IMG/VR virus record: IMGVR_UViG_3300024253_000006
Length of the DNA stretch: 64,000 bases
Strand: one strand, 5' to 3'
Origin: a virus
Below, one piece after another: positions 38,660 to 48,718 of the stretch; position 1 is the stretch's first letter, and every line of letters starts with the position of its first letter. The translations under genes and the position numbers were made by a program. The notes beneath the pieces are model-generated. The model worked only from the letters and a program-made list of their open reading frames with translations. It did not search any database and had not been told where the DNA came from.

Positions 38660-38875
38660 GTGGCACGCAAAAAAGCAACCGATACGATTGATGATCCCGT
38701 TGTGGACGAAGCGACAACGAAAGAGATAACAAAAGTGAAAAATATCGCGCGGGCCAATCAGACGGTTTTTGCCGTTACCGGCAAACCCATTGTTTTTGAT
38801 GCGGATGGTATTGCAGAACCTGACAAAGAAGACCTCGACTACATGCTGACAATACCTGGGTACAAGGGCATATAA
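38660..38875 (+). CDS. Small head/neck-region protein
   Basis: 71 aa, SD AAGGAG. Confidence 0.6.
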   Translation: MARKKATDTIDDPVVDEATTKEITKVKNIARANQTVFAVTGKPIVFDADGIAEPDKEDLDYMLTIPGYKGI

Positions 38876-38878
38876 ATC

Positions 38879-40000
38879 ATGGCAGAAATTAGCGCTGTCT
38901 CCGCTGGCCATGATATTCTTCTTACTCTATTTCCCTCTTTGGAGCCAGCAAACAAAGTCGGCTACCAAATCGAGCGGAAAAGGGAAGACGATGCTTGGCT
39001 TGTGTGGGACGGCGCTGCTTTTTCGAATGGCACTCCGGCGCTTATTACTGGGCTCCGGTTTACGGATTACGACGTTCCTAACGGCATCTACCAATACCGG
39101 TTCGCCGTTGTTTCCACCGATAGCGTATCTGAATACAAATATTCAGATTGGGTACGGATAGAGACTGGCTATGTCGGCTGGACGTTCGGGAATTACACCA
39201 TTCCTGACGACAGGTTCGGGGATATTCTTACCGTGGACGATCTGAGAAGAACCTACTTGTGGGGTATCAACTTTCAGGCACAAAACGGAGAGCTCTTTTC
39301 CGATGCTCAAATAGTAAATTCTATTCAATCAGCTACGAGCGAAATGGCGCGAGCCTTGAAGATCACGATTAACAAGACAAGAATTGTGTGCCAGCCAGGC
39401 GGCAGTCTTGTGCGCGGCGTGGATTATGATGAAGCTGAAGACCCTTATTTCTACCGACACGACAAATGGAATCGGTATGGTCGTATCGTCTTGCGGAAAC
39501 GTCCAATCATTTCCGTATCAAGATTTGACTTCTACGGCATTGCCGATCAGAAAATATTAAACTTGCTCGGCTGGGCGCGTATTGATCACCGTAAGGGCGT
39601 GATAAGCTTTTTCCCGCGGGCCGGTTCTGACAATTCTTTCAGGATTATCCCTGCTGCAATGACATTGGGATACAACATTTTCGCAGGGGATTACCCCCAC
39701 GGATACAAGGTTGATTATGTAGCGGGCTTCGAGGACGCCTCCCAGGTCCCGAGCGACTTGAGAGAAATTATTGGGAAAGTAGCCGCTTGTAAACTCCTGA
39801 ATATTATCGGGGATGGCCTTATTGCCGGCTTTTCCTCGTCTTCAATTTCGATCGACGGGCTGTCTGAATCGTTCAGCTCTACCCAGAGCGCAACGAATGC
39901 CTTCTTCGGTGCCAGGATTCAGGTTTACTTGAAGGATATCGAGAAATATCTGAAGGAGAACCGTGACAAGTTTGGCGTACAGATTATGGGCAGCATATAA
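38879..40000 (+). CDS. Head-tail adaptor / neck protein
   Basis: Position; YKVDYVAGF..VPSDL, SISIDGLSES. Confidence 0.7.
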   Translation: MAEISAVSAGHDILLTLFPSLEPANKVGYQIERKREDDAWLVWDGAAFSNGTPALITGLRFTDYDVPNGIYQYRFAVVSTDSVSEYKYSDWVRIETGYVGWTFGNYTIPDDRFGDILTVDDLRRTYLWGINFQAQNGELFSDAQIVNSIQSATSEMARALKITINKTRIVCQPGGSLVRGVDYDEAEDPYFYRHDKWNRYGRIVLRKRPIISVSRFDFYGIADQKILNLLGWARIDHRKGVISFFPRAGSDNSFRIIPAAMTLGYNIFAGDYPHGYKVDYVAGFEDASQVPSDLREIIGKVAACKLLNIIGDGLIAGFSSSSISIDGLSESFSSTQSATNAFFGARIQVYLKDIEKYLKENRDKFGVQIMGSI

Positions 40001-40010
40001 GGGATGAGCG

Positions 40011-41150
40011 ATGAAGGGATATGGTTTAACTAAGAATTCTCCGGTCAAATTAAGCCTTACCCGCGAGAACTATGAAGCTCTAATTACTCGCCACGGCCAA
40101 TGGGTTCGGTGGTTGCGCGCCTCGAAATGTACATGCGTTTCGGCCAACGGAAGGCCTGATTTGAATTGTACAAAATGTGGAGGAGAGGGGTATCTTTACG
40201 GCTTCCAGGAAAGGGCAACTGAAACCGTAACTCTTTATTATCTTGAGGGTGGGGTTGTAGAGTTGCCGTATTCCGATGCGATTGTAATCGGCGTCTATGA
40301 CTATATGGGGCTGTCGTATACATCAACGGCACGTTTCGGAAAATTTTGCAAAATCGGTGGTGACAGGATCCCTGATATCGGAGAGCAGATACAGGTTGTC
40401 CTGGACCGCCCCATAGTAAAGACGGTGCTTGAGACCTCGCTGACATACCTTGGCGCCGGGTGTTTTGAAGCGAAAGAACTGCGTACAAGCGGAGAAGCAG
40501 GGATCGCGTCCGAGCGCTCAACTCGGGACGATATTCTCTCAGCAGTCTCAATCTACAACATCACAAAAAATGTTTCATACACTCCCACAGATTATAGGCG
40601 GAATTTCATTTTCGCCAACAATGTTGATGCTGATGTCGGAGACGCTATAGTGGCGCACCAGGTCGCATACCTGGAACCCTTCCTATTTGCCGTCACAGGA
40701 CAACAGCATTCCGAACCAGATTGGAAATTTTTGGAGACAGTGGGCGGTGAAGCGTCGATGACCTTCCCCGCGTGGGCGGGCGTAGGAGAGGGGGATGTCA
40801 TCACTGTACTGGCTGACAGCCAAGTTGGAAAGGTGATTATCGATAAGCACGTCTCGGGCGTTGACATAATTCCGGCGTTCTATGTTGAGTCGATCGAGTA
40901 TATAGAATCAGGCTCTACAAAATATTATCCCTCCGAGCATTTTGATTTCTGGGGCGTCAACAAGATCAAGTGGCGCTCTGTTTTAGGATTGCCAGCGGAC
41001 AACGCCCCTCTCTTTGTAATGTATCGTTATTTCCCTACGTATCGGGTAATACGCGAGTTTCCTAATGTGCGTTCGAGCGAGAACCAGAATTTGCCACGCC
41101 GAGTTGCTTTGAAGTTGCTTTCGACATACGCAGAGAGGAAAGGGATATGA
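40011..41150 (+). CDS. Neck / head-completion protein
   Basis: WLRASKCTC..PDLNCTKCGGEGY motif; position. Confidence 0.65.
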   Translation: MKGYGLTKNSPVKLSLTRENYEALITRHGQWVRWLRASKCTCVSANGRPDLNCTKCGGEGYLYGFQERATETVTLYYLEGGVVELPYSDAIVIGVYDYMGLSYTSTARFGKFCKIGGDRIPDIGEQIQVVLDRPIVKTVLETSLTYLGAGCFEAKELRTSGEAGIASERSTRDDILSAVSIYNITKNVSYTPTDYRRNFIFANNVDADVGDAIVAHQVAYLEPFLFAVTGQQHSEPDWKFLETVGGEASMTFPAWAGVGEGDVITVLADSQVGKVIIDKHVSGVDIIPAFYVESIEYIESGSTKYYPSEHFDFWGVNKIKWRSVLGLPADNAPLFVMYRYFPTYRVIREFPNVRSSENQNLPRRVALKLLSTYAERKGI

Positions 41151-41989
41151 TAAGTATTAAAATTATCCCGGAGAATGATTTTCTCGGTATGTTGCAAGCG
41201 CGATTGAAATTCATTGGCGCCAATAGCATGCCGTCAACAAGTGCGTCATTCAAAGCAGCGGTGAATATCGTACAGGCTACATGGAAGAGTTATGCCATGG
41301 GGGCTCAGATTCCCGGCTCTTCGGATCGGCTGAAGCATCCGACAGGGGGATATGCTGCGCATGTACAAGTACGGAGCGACGGCCCTTTCGACTATACGGT
41401 GTACAACGATTCAAAAGTGGCGCGAATGATCGAAGACGGAACAAAGCAATTGGACATGAAGACCACGCACCCGTATGGCAAGAAAAGCCGCGTGGCGAAC
41501 CATGGTACAAAAGAAAATCCACGGTGGGTTCCCTATTTGATCGTACCTTTCAGGTGGGGGACGCCAGGAACAGTGCATTTCAGAAACATAATTCCTGAGC
41601 AGATTTACGCCATGCTGCGAATGCAGATAAAAGCAGGGGAATTTGTGAGAACCCGTGTACTTCCCTCGACTCACTCCGAACTGAACTATGCGGGCGAAGC
41701 CATTCAGCGCGCCGAATACGAAGGAGAGCAGGGCCAAGATGCGTGGGGCTCCATGCTTCGAGGTGCAGGAGGGGACACGGAGGGAATGTCCCTAATGGTC
41801 GCTGACACGGAAAAGAAGCGGTCTTCGGCGTATTTCACCTTCCGCGTCATATCGGCTGAGTCGCCAGCCTCGTCATGGATAAAGCCTGCGACGCCCGCTC
41901 TGCACATATCACAGCACGTTGCGGACAACGTTCGGGATATCGTCAATGAGATGATCCAGGCTGGGCTTCGTAAGGATTTGGGGCTGTAG
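41147..41989 (+). CDS. Neck/tail-completion protein
   Basis: IEDGT..DMK, YFTFRVIS..S.ASSWI.P; position. Confidence 0.6.
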   Translation: MISIKIIPENDFLGMLQARLKFIGANSMPSTSASFKAAVNIVQATWKSYAMGAQIPGSSDRLKHPTGGYAAHVQVRSDGPFDYTVYNDSKVARMIEDGTKQLDMKTTHPYGKKSRVANHGTKENPRWVPYLIVPFRWGTPGTVHFRNIIPEQIYAMLRMQIKAGEFVRTRVLPSTHSELNYAGEAIQRAEYEGEQGQDAWGSMLRGAGGDTEGMSLMVADTEKKRSSAYFTFRVISAESPASSWIKPATPALHISQHVADNVRDIVNEMIQAGLRKDLGL

Positions 41990-41991
41990 AC

Positions 41992-42687
41992 ATGATTATC
42001 ATTATCAATCAGGGCGTTGATATTGAGGATGTATTCGTAAAAAGCCTTAAGAGCTATTTTACAAACGTCCGATTTTCCGATTTGTATCCCGTCATGAATC
42101 AGGTTCATATAGGTCAGGAGCATCCCTTTGCGGCGCTGCTCGATCAAAACAACCACAGGGACACGCGCATGCTCTTTCCCTCCATAACGATTGTTTCTTC
42201 ATCCGACGAAAAAGTTCCTCAATTAGCCGAGCTACAGGCATTCGAGCCATGCGAAATTGTAAAGGACGACCTCGCGGATATAGGATCGGGAAAGTATCAA
42301 ATCGCACCGGGCGCGCTGGAATGGTTAACTTCCTATTTTGAGACGACCGAAAAGCTGTATGGGGTTTCTGGCACTTCTCACCGACGGGACCATATTTCTT
42401 TTGAGGTATGGTCGGAAAATATTCAGATGAAGAACGAAATTTATAGCCTGCTTGAATTGTTTTTAGCTGGACCTTTGAGAATCGAAATGGAAAAGGCTTC
42501 CAATCTCCATCTATTTGATGATACAATACATGGGCAGAGAAGCGGGAATTATAATTTAGATTTCGGTCAAACTCTTTATGGCGGGCAAATCAGCTTTGAT
42601 GCTGATTATATAGTGCAACAGACTATTTTTGATTCTGAGATCATTGAGCTCGACAAAACCGTATGGGCGGAGGTGTTACATGGCTAA
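41992..42687 (+). CDS. Tail terminator/completion protein
   Basis: Position immediately before the sheath operon. Confidence 0.55.
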   Translation: MIIIINQGVDIEDVFVKSLKSYFTNVRFSDLYPVMNQVHIGQEHPFAALLDQNNHRDTRMLFPSITIVSSSDEKVPQLAELQAFEPCEIVKDDLADIGSGKYQIAPGALEWLTSYFETTEKLYGVSGTSHRRDHISFEVWSENIQMKNEIYSLLELFLAGPLRIEMEKASNLHLFDDTIHGQRSGNYNLDFGQTLYGGQISFDADYIVQQTIFDSEIIELDKTVWAEVLHG

Positions 42688-42883
42688 GAAGGAGGACTCT
42701 GTAGTTACTACAGAGAGTAAAGGGCAGGTAGTTGATCCAGGAATTGATATAAAAAAATATCTGGATTCTCATTCCATTTCGGCAAATATTGACAAGATGT
42801 TGCTGTCCCTATTCAAAGGGTTGATTAAAACAGTAACTGAATGGGAAGCGACCATAAAGGAAGTTCTGAGCCGAAAAGCTTAA
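42680..42883 (+). CDS. Small hypothetical protein
   Basis: SD GGAGG, 67 aa. Confidence 0.55.
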   Translation: MAKKEDSVVTTESKGQVVDPGIDIKKYLDSHSISANIDKMLLSLFKGLIKTVTEWEATIKEVLSRKA

Positions 42884-42896
42884 ATAGGAGGTACCT

Positions 42897-44639
42897 ATGG
42901 GTGTAAACAGTGTTGCATTTGAGTCTGCCGGCCAAAGAACTGAGCATTATATCCCCGGTTCGTATAGCCGGACAAATTATGTGAACGGAGAGGGCGGAGG
43001 GACTTCGGCGAATCGTGCGGTATTTATTGGTGAATCAGATGGCGGAAAGCCGAATACGCTCTATTTTTTCTATAGTCCTTCCGACGCAATCGACAAACTT
43101 CGCGGCGGACCGCTTCTGGAGGCCGTCCTTTGCGCGTTCAGCCCGGGTGGAGACCTTATACCCCAATATGTGGGCGCCATGCGTGTGAACCCCGGTACAC
43201 AGGCCTCGCGTACCATGCTGAACTCGGCGATACCCGTGCTTTCGATCAAAGCCAAGGACTACGGACTGCACACCAATCAAGTCAAGATGAAGCTCATTGC
43301 CGGAACCACGTCTGGCTCAAAAAAGGTGATGCTCAGTTTTGCTGGTAATGAGTATTCTGTCGATAATATCATACGGCAATCATTCACGGTTCAATATGTT
43401 GGCACTGGAAGCGCCGCGACAATGACCATCACCAAAACTGGACTCACCACGACAGTCACCGATGTTTCGGCTGATAATCTCAGTGTAGATTTTACAAGCT
43501 TCGACACAATTGAAGATATAGTAAACTACATCAATGATAAATCGGCATATACATGTGTGGCTATAACCGCCAACGCATCATCCGAACGTTCGGATGAGCT
43601 CGACAGTATTTCGGCAGTGGATATCAAGACGGCGGCCTATACCGCGAACAGCAACCTGCAGGCGCTCATTGATACACTGGAGAATGCTCCATGGATTGGC
43701 TCTGCCGAATTCATCACAGACGCGACTTCGAGGGTATTGCCCGATAACGATTCCGATTGGATTTATTTCAGCGGTGGTACTCATGGAGCCTGTACGGTGA
43801 CGGAGTATTCCGACACGCTTGAGAAGTTGGAAACCGAAGAGGTGTCCATCATTGGCACTGCCTCGACAGATGAGGCGGTGCATGTCCTTATCAAAAATCA
43901 TTGTGTACTCATGTCCAGCACAGAGGGCAGGAAGGAGCGGATGTTCCTTGTTGGAGGCGCTACGGGTGAAACGGTAGACGAAACCATTGCGAGAGCAAAA
44001 GCGCTTGCGAGTGATACCGGAAGTGTGGCATACCCAGGATATAGAAACTATGGCGTACTGACAGCAGAGGCCTCATCGGTAAAGCTTTATTCTCCGGCAA
44101 TGTATGCTGCGAAGTTGATTGGCCAGGAAGTGGCGCTCGCGGTGAATGAGCCGATGACCAACAAATCGGTCGATGTTCTCGCGTGGGAGGTCGATCTGAA
44201 GAAGAGCGATCTCGTAAAGCTTATCCAGGGTGGCGTCATTGCTGGTGGCAAGTCTCAGGACAACAGGTTCGCGACCATTCGCACGGTGACAACGTATCAA
44301 GGGAACGAGCTGCAGCGCTGCGAGCGGTCCATGAAGCGCGAATCGAACTATATGGCTCGCGATCTACGCGATGGTGTTGCTCAATATGTTGGCAAGCCTG
44401 GTGTTACATCCTCTATGGGCGCCGTTGAGGCAACATTCTGGGCACGAGTCGCCGATTGGTTTAGGCAGGGGCTGATCGTGAAGGATGACAAGGGCAGAAC
44501 AGCATGGGGACTTGTGATCAGGCGAGTAGGTAGCGCAACATTCATCGAGTTCCATACTAACCTCACCGCGCCTCAGAATTTCTTCTTTATTACCGCGAAC
44601 CAGCACTATTATGGGTCACAGGAATCTGTTGCCGTATAA
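42897..44639 (+). CDS. Contractile tail sheath protein
   Basis: HYIPGSYSR, FIGESDGGKP, RGGPLLEA, EPMTNK, TIRTVTTY. Confidence 0.9.
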   Translation: MGVNSVAFESAGQRTEHYIPGSYSRTNYVNGEGGGTSANRAVFIGESDGGKPNTLYFFYSPSDAIDKLRGGPLLEAVLCAFSPGGDLIPQYVGAMRVNPGTQASRTMLNSAIPVLSIKAKDYGLHTNQVKMKLIAGTTSGSKKVMLSFAGNEYSVDNIIRQSFTVQYVGTGSAATMTITKTGLTTTVTDVSADNLSVDFTSFDTIEDIVNYINDKSAYTCVAITANASSERSDELDSISAVDIKTAAYTANSNLQALIDTLENAPWIGSAEFITDATSRVLPDNDSDWIYFSGGTHGACTVTEYSDTLEKLETEEVSIIGTASTDEAVHVLIKNHCVLMSSTEGRKERMFLVGGATGETVDETIARAKALASDTGSVAYPGYRNYGVLTAEASSVKLYSPAMYAAKLIGQEVALAVNEPMTNKSVDVLAWEVDLKKSDLVKLIQGGVIAGGKSQDNRFATIRTVTTYQGNELQRCERSMKRESNYMARDLRDGVAQYVGKPGVTSSMGAVEATFWARVADWFRQGLIVKDDKGRTAWGLVIRRVGSATFIEFHTNLTAPQNFFFITANQHYYGSQESVAV

Positions 44640-44653
44640 GGCAGGAGTAAACA

Positions 44654-45190
44654 ATGTCGATGAACAATGTTACGAAGCAGATAATCGCTTCCGGCGCGAA
44701 TGTGGTAGTTCGTGTCGGTAAATCAAGCGATAGCGCCGAAATTGAAATAGGTCTTGCGTCGAATGTTGGCTTTACCGAGAATTTCCAACTCCAAAAAGCG
44801 AACGTGATTGGCTACCTTGGCCCGCTTTCGATCGATCCCGCGGACTATTCGTGCGAAATTACCCTTGGCTCGTTTGTGCCTGCAAAGAGAAAGATGGACA
44901 CCAATGACGCCCCTGGGGGAACCCAGGCATTTTCTGAAATAGTCCCTACGCGGCAGACGGCGCTCGATGATGGTGCCAAGTTTCAGTATCTCGAATTCTA
45001 CAACAAAAAGACGGATACTGTCCTTGAAGCTTTTTCGGGTGTCGTAGTGGCATCTTCCGGTGTGACCATCGAGGGGAATCAATACGCAAAGGGAAATATT
45101 CAGCTGTGGGCCCTGGAAAGGATTCCGCTGGACGAAGGGGGTGGCTCAACGAATTCTACTGGCCCGACATTCACAAATGTTGTGGCCTAA
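44654..45190 (+). CDS. Tail tube protein
   Basis: Follows the sheath; IGLASNV.F.ENF, VIG.LGP. Confidence 0.75.
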   Translation: MSMNNVTKQIIASGANVVVRVGKSSDSAEIEIGLASNVGFTENFQLQKANVIGYLGPLSIDPADYSCEITLGSFVPAKRKMDTNDAPGGTQAFSEIVPTRQTALDDGAKFQYLEFYNKKTDTVLEAFSGVVVASSGVTIEGNQYAKGNIQLWALERIPLDEGGGSTNSTGPTFTNVVA

Positions 45191-45205
45191 TTTAAGGATT
45201 GAATT

Positions 45206-45733
45206 ATGAGCGATTTTGATGTTGAAGATGTTCCTCGCGAAAGGAAGACAAAAAGAAACATCCCCCAGGAAGAGATTGATCTTTTTACCACGATGCTTGA
45301 GGGCAGGGCAATTACAAAAACGTTCGATACTTCACGAGGAACATTCAAGGTTAAGTATCCGATGGGACGTGATCGAATCCGCATCGATCAGATCAAGGCG
45401 ATTCGAAGAAGTGGATTGCCTGCGTCGACATTCGATGTATCAGCAATGTATAACAATGAGGTGTTTTCCACTCTCGATGTCGTGGTAATCGATGGCCCCG
45501 ACTGGTGGAAGAATGCCCGCGCTAAGGATCCTGACTGGTCCTGGGAGGATTGCCCAGACGAAGAGCTCATCATAGAACTCTATCGTCTGGTTGACACCTT
45601 TCGTGGCGACATACAGGGCAGACTTCGCCAATCTCGACCTGCAGGAAAGGCTGAACTCGGCAAAGCCGGAGACACTGCAACGTCTATGGATGATGGAGCA
45701 TTTTCGGGTATTGCCAACGGATCCCCGTCTTAA
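45206..45733 (+). CDS. Tail assembly chaperone
   Basis: Position between tube and tape measure. Confidence 0.6.
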   Translation: MSDFDVEDVPRERKTKRNIPQEEIDLFTTMLEGRAITKTFDTSRGTFKVKYPMGRDRIRIDQIKAIRRSGLPASTFDVSAMYNNEVFSTLDVVVIDGPDWWKNARAKDPDWSWEDCPDEELIIELYRLVDTFRGDIQGRLRQSRPAGKAELGKAGDTATSMDDGAFSGIANGSPS

Positions 45734-45917
45734 AGAGGCAACTGACGAACAGGCTTCCATCTTGTTCCAGTATTGGGTCTCATATGATGAGGACGTGATA
45801 CGGAAACTGTGGCGCGAGCGTGCGAATAAGCCACAATTCAGCATCGACGAATTGCGTGATCTCGGGTATACAGACGAAGAAGCTGCGGGGATAAGAGAGG
45901 CATTTGAGAAAGCATGA
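45591..45917 (+). CDS. Second tail assembly chaperone-like protein (real start probably ~45690)
   Basis: MMEHFRVLPTDPRLKE; stop overlaps the tape-measure ATG. Confidence 0.55.
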   Translation: MTPFVATYRADFANLDLQERLNSAKPETLQRLWMMEHFRVLPTDPRLKEATDEQASILFQYWVSYDEDVIRKLWRERANKPQFSIDELRDLGYTDEEAAGIREAFEKA

Positions 45918-48718
45918 GCACGCAGGAAGTAGGAGTCCGACTAAAACTCGAGACCGGTGAGGCAGTTGCCAATGCCAATCAGGCGACACAGGCGGTAGAC
46001 TCATTGGTGAATGCTTTGCAGAAAGCCGCCATTGCGGGGAATTCCTCGGGCGTCTTGGATTACGCACGAGCACTGACCGCCTATAATAAGGCGACCGGAA
46101 TTGAAGAAGAACGGAATGATAAAGGCCAGCAGCAGAGCGTATTACGCGTCGTGGAAAATGCGACAAAAGTGATAAGCCGGGCGCCGGGGTACATAGGAGC
46201 AATAGGGAGCGGCAACGCCGCCGGTGCGGCGCTTGGCATGGCATCTGACGTTGCCGCCGGCGCCAAGGCTGGAGGACTTTTTGCAGGATTAGGAACCGGC
46301 GCGACGGTGGGCTTGGGGGTGGGTGCCGCGCTTGTGGGCGTCGGCTTGGCCGCGAATAAGCTCTCCGAACAGTGGGAAAAACAGGTTCCACAAGCGATGG
46401 AGCTGACCGCTGTTTTGGGGAACCTAACCGGGAATTATAGGACGAATTCAGAAGCCTTCCGGAAAGCATTCAATCTCGCGGGCGAATCAGCCGCGAAATT
46501 TGGCTACTCGCTCGAAGAGGGGATGTCTGTTGTTGAGCAGCTTGCCAAGATCGGAGTATCGAGTAATGGGTTGACACCCTATAACGCCGCCCAACAAGTC
46601 TTTAGGTTTGAACGAGGCACGGGGGCCGACCGTGAAAGCTTGATGCGAGCAGAAGGGTATGCAGCGCGATACGGTGCTGGCCCGAACGCTTTGGGATATA
46701 CCTATGGCGGCACCATGGCGCAGGGGCTTGCAAGCGCACAATACCAGGAATATCTGAACGCCACATTGAGCATTTTTGAAGAGGGGTTGAATCGCGGCAT
46801 CATCAAGGGATTCGATGAAATAACAAGGACGCAAAACTTTATCGCACTGCTTGGCAATGGAAATCCCGCCTGGAAAGGAGAGCAGGGCCTACAGCGCTAT
46901 CAGACGATGAATGAAGGTTTTAAATCCACCTCATTCGAGAGCGAATATGATGTTGTACGATATAAAGCCGTTGAAAATACTCTGCGCGAAGCAGCCAGGC
47001 GCGGATTTAAGGATGACGCGGAAGGGAAATGGAGCGTCTACGAGCGATATGGAAACATCAATGAGAATGGATACCTCGCCGTGCAGCGTGCGCGAGAGCA
47101 AGGGCTTACTCCAGAAATCTTTACAGAAACCATGAAAATTCTACAGACACAGATCGCCGGTGGTTCCTATGCGAATTTGACTGAAGCCGTAGTGAAGGCC
47201 TTTGGTGTAAATTACACTGCCGCGAAAGAAATCATCGATTCGTTCAACAGCGGAGCATACAAGCATGCTACCGCCGTCATAGCCGAGCCAACGAGCGCAG
47301 CTTCCCCTGAAATGACATTAAAAACCGCCACAGAAGAGATAAAATTGGAGCTGGCAAACGCTGGCGCAAATGTACTTCCCACGAAGACCGAAGTGATGTC
47401 CGTATTGCGCGGAATTCTCATGGGTATCACAGGGAACAAGGTGGCGGAAGGATACCAGAAAGCAATCTCGACAGCCTTGGGTGGCATTTACGGCAGCAAG
47501 TCAGAAGAGATGGTAAAGGGGAAAGCTGAGAGCTTACTCACTAAAGGGCTGAACGATAAGACGGGGAAAGATACCGATCAGAATGGCATTTCCGATAATT
47601 CGGAAGCTGCGATGAATATCATAAGCTATCTGGAAAATTTACCCGATGATGTCCGTCGCTATCTCTCGGCGTCGGGAACGCTCGACTCTCTTTGGACCGG
47701 CAAGAATGTAAATGACCTTCCTGGTATCGCCGATTTTTTGGCGAAGAATCAGTACAAGACGAAGGATTGGGAAAAAGGATTCAATGCCTTCACGGACAAA
47801 ACACCGCCCTCCTTGAATGAAATATCCTCTCTGTTTGATAAATTTGGACAGTACAATCCAAAATGGATGAGCGAATATCCAAAGATCGGGATATTCAAGG
47901 GTGCCGCCGTCGATAACGACCCCGGTGCCGGCGGTCTTTTCAGGGAGATATCGCTCCGTATAAAAACCCTGGAATCTTCGTGGGATGAGAAGATTGCGAA
48001 GGCTACAAAAGATGCCAAAGCCGATGGCTCTGTTACCAAGAAAGAGCAGTCGTACATTGATCAGTTGGAGGCTGGAAAGAAGAAGGAGCTTTCCGCGCTC
48101 ATTGACAGCATTCTTGGTCCACTGAATACGCTCATCGATTCCGCTGGACGAAATGGTGGAGGGATTACCCAAGATGAATGGGAGAAGATGTGGAAGATGA
48201 TAGCGCCCGGCGTCCAGAGCGGGGCTCCTCCCGTATCACAAAGCAATTACGAGCCGTCGGGCGTTGGGCCTGCGGAAGCGGCCATGGCAAAGCTCCCCGT
48301 GAGTCTTTCGCTCGCGGGCTCCTCGTTCGCCGATATGTTGACAGGGAAGTTCAGGGGCTGGGCGCCACGGATGGAGACCGCTGCGCTTACTCCGAGTTTC
48401 GACTCCGCCGGATTTGTTCAGCCGACAGGAAACGGAGAAAACAACGGTGAGCAAGCTACCACCCTGGATAAACCCCAGATCGATTATCGCGGATTCAGTG
48501 CGCTTTTTATGTCAGCGCAACAAAAATCGCTTAGCAGTAATGAAGTGGCTCAGTCCTCTGTCGATTGGCATGATTTCTTTCTCAGCTTCGCGCGCATTTT
48601 GAATGATTTTACTGTTAACAATAATGCCGCCGCAGAAAAAATAGCAAAGGCCGCCGATAAAATTGCTGAACCTACTGAAGTGATCATTGGCTCCGGTAAT
48701 GCGTTTGAGAGGGCATGA
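45914..48718 (+). CDS. Tape measure protein
   Basis: 934 aa, Ala/Gly-rich helical with a hydrophobic segment; canonical position. Confidence 0.8.
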   Translation: MSTQEVGVRLKLETGEAVANANQATQAVDSLVNALQKAAIAGNSSGVLDYARALTAYNKATGIEEERNDKGQQQSVLRVVENATKVISRAPGYIGAIGSGNAAGAALGMASDVAAGAKAGGLFAGLGTGATVGLGVGAALVGVGLAANKLSEQWEKQVPQAMELTAVLGNLTGNYRTNSEAFRKAFNLAGESAAKFGYSLEEGMSVVEQLAKIGVSSNGLTPYNAAQQVFRFERGTGADRESLMRAEGYAARYGAGPNALGYTYGGTMAQGLASAQYQEYLNATLSIFEEGLNRGIIKGFDEITRTQNFIALLGNGNPAWKGEQGLQRYQTMNEGFKSTSFESEYDVVRYKAVENTLREAARRGFKDDAEGKWSVYERYGNINENGYLAVQRAREQGLTPEIFTETMKILQTQIAGGSYANLTEAVVKAFGVNYTAAKEIIDSFNSGAYKHATAVIAEPTSAASPEMTLKTATEEIKLELANAGANVLPTKTEVMSVLRGILMGITGNKVAEGYQKAISTALGGIYGSKSEEMVKGKAESLLTKGLNDKTGKDTDQNGISDNSEAAMNIISYLENLPDDVRRYLSASGTLDSLWTGKNVNDLPGIADFLAKNQYKTKDWEKGFNAFTDKTPPSLNEISSLFDKFGQYNPKWMSEYPKIGIFKGAAVDNDPGAGGLFREISLRIKTLESSWDEKIAKATKDAKADGSVTKKEQSYIDQLEAGKKKELSALIDSILGPLNTLIDSAGRNGGGITQDEWEKMWKMIAPGVQSGAPPVSQSNYEPSGVGPAEAAMAKLPVSLSLAGSSFADMLTGKFRGWAPRMETAALTPSFDSAGFVQPTGNGENNGEQATTLDKPQIDYRGFSALFMSAQQKSLSSNEVAQSSVDWHDFFLSFARILNDFTVNNNAAAEKIAKAADKIAEPTEVIIGSGNAFERA

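Noticed and set aside
45591-45917. Programmed G/GT-type frameshift between the tail chaperone ORFs
   Set aside because: The second ORF is in the +1 frame relative to 45206..45733, no clear slippery heptamer was seen, and it has its own ATGs near 45690.
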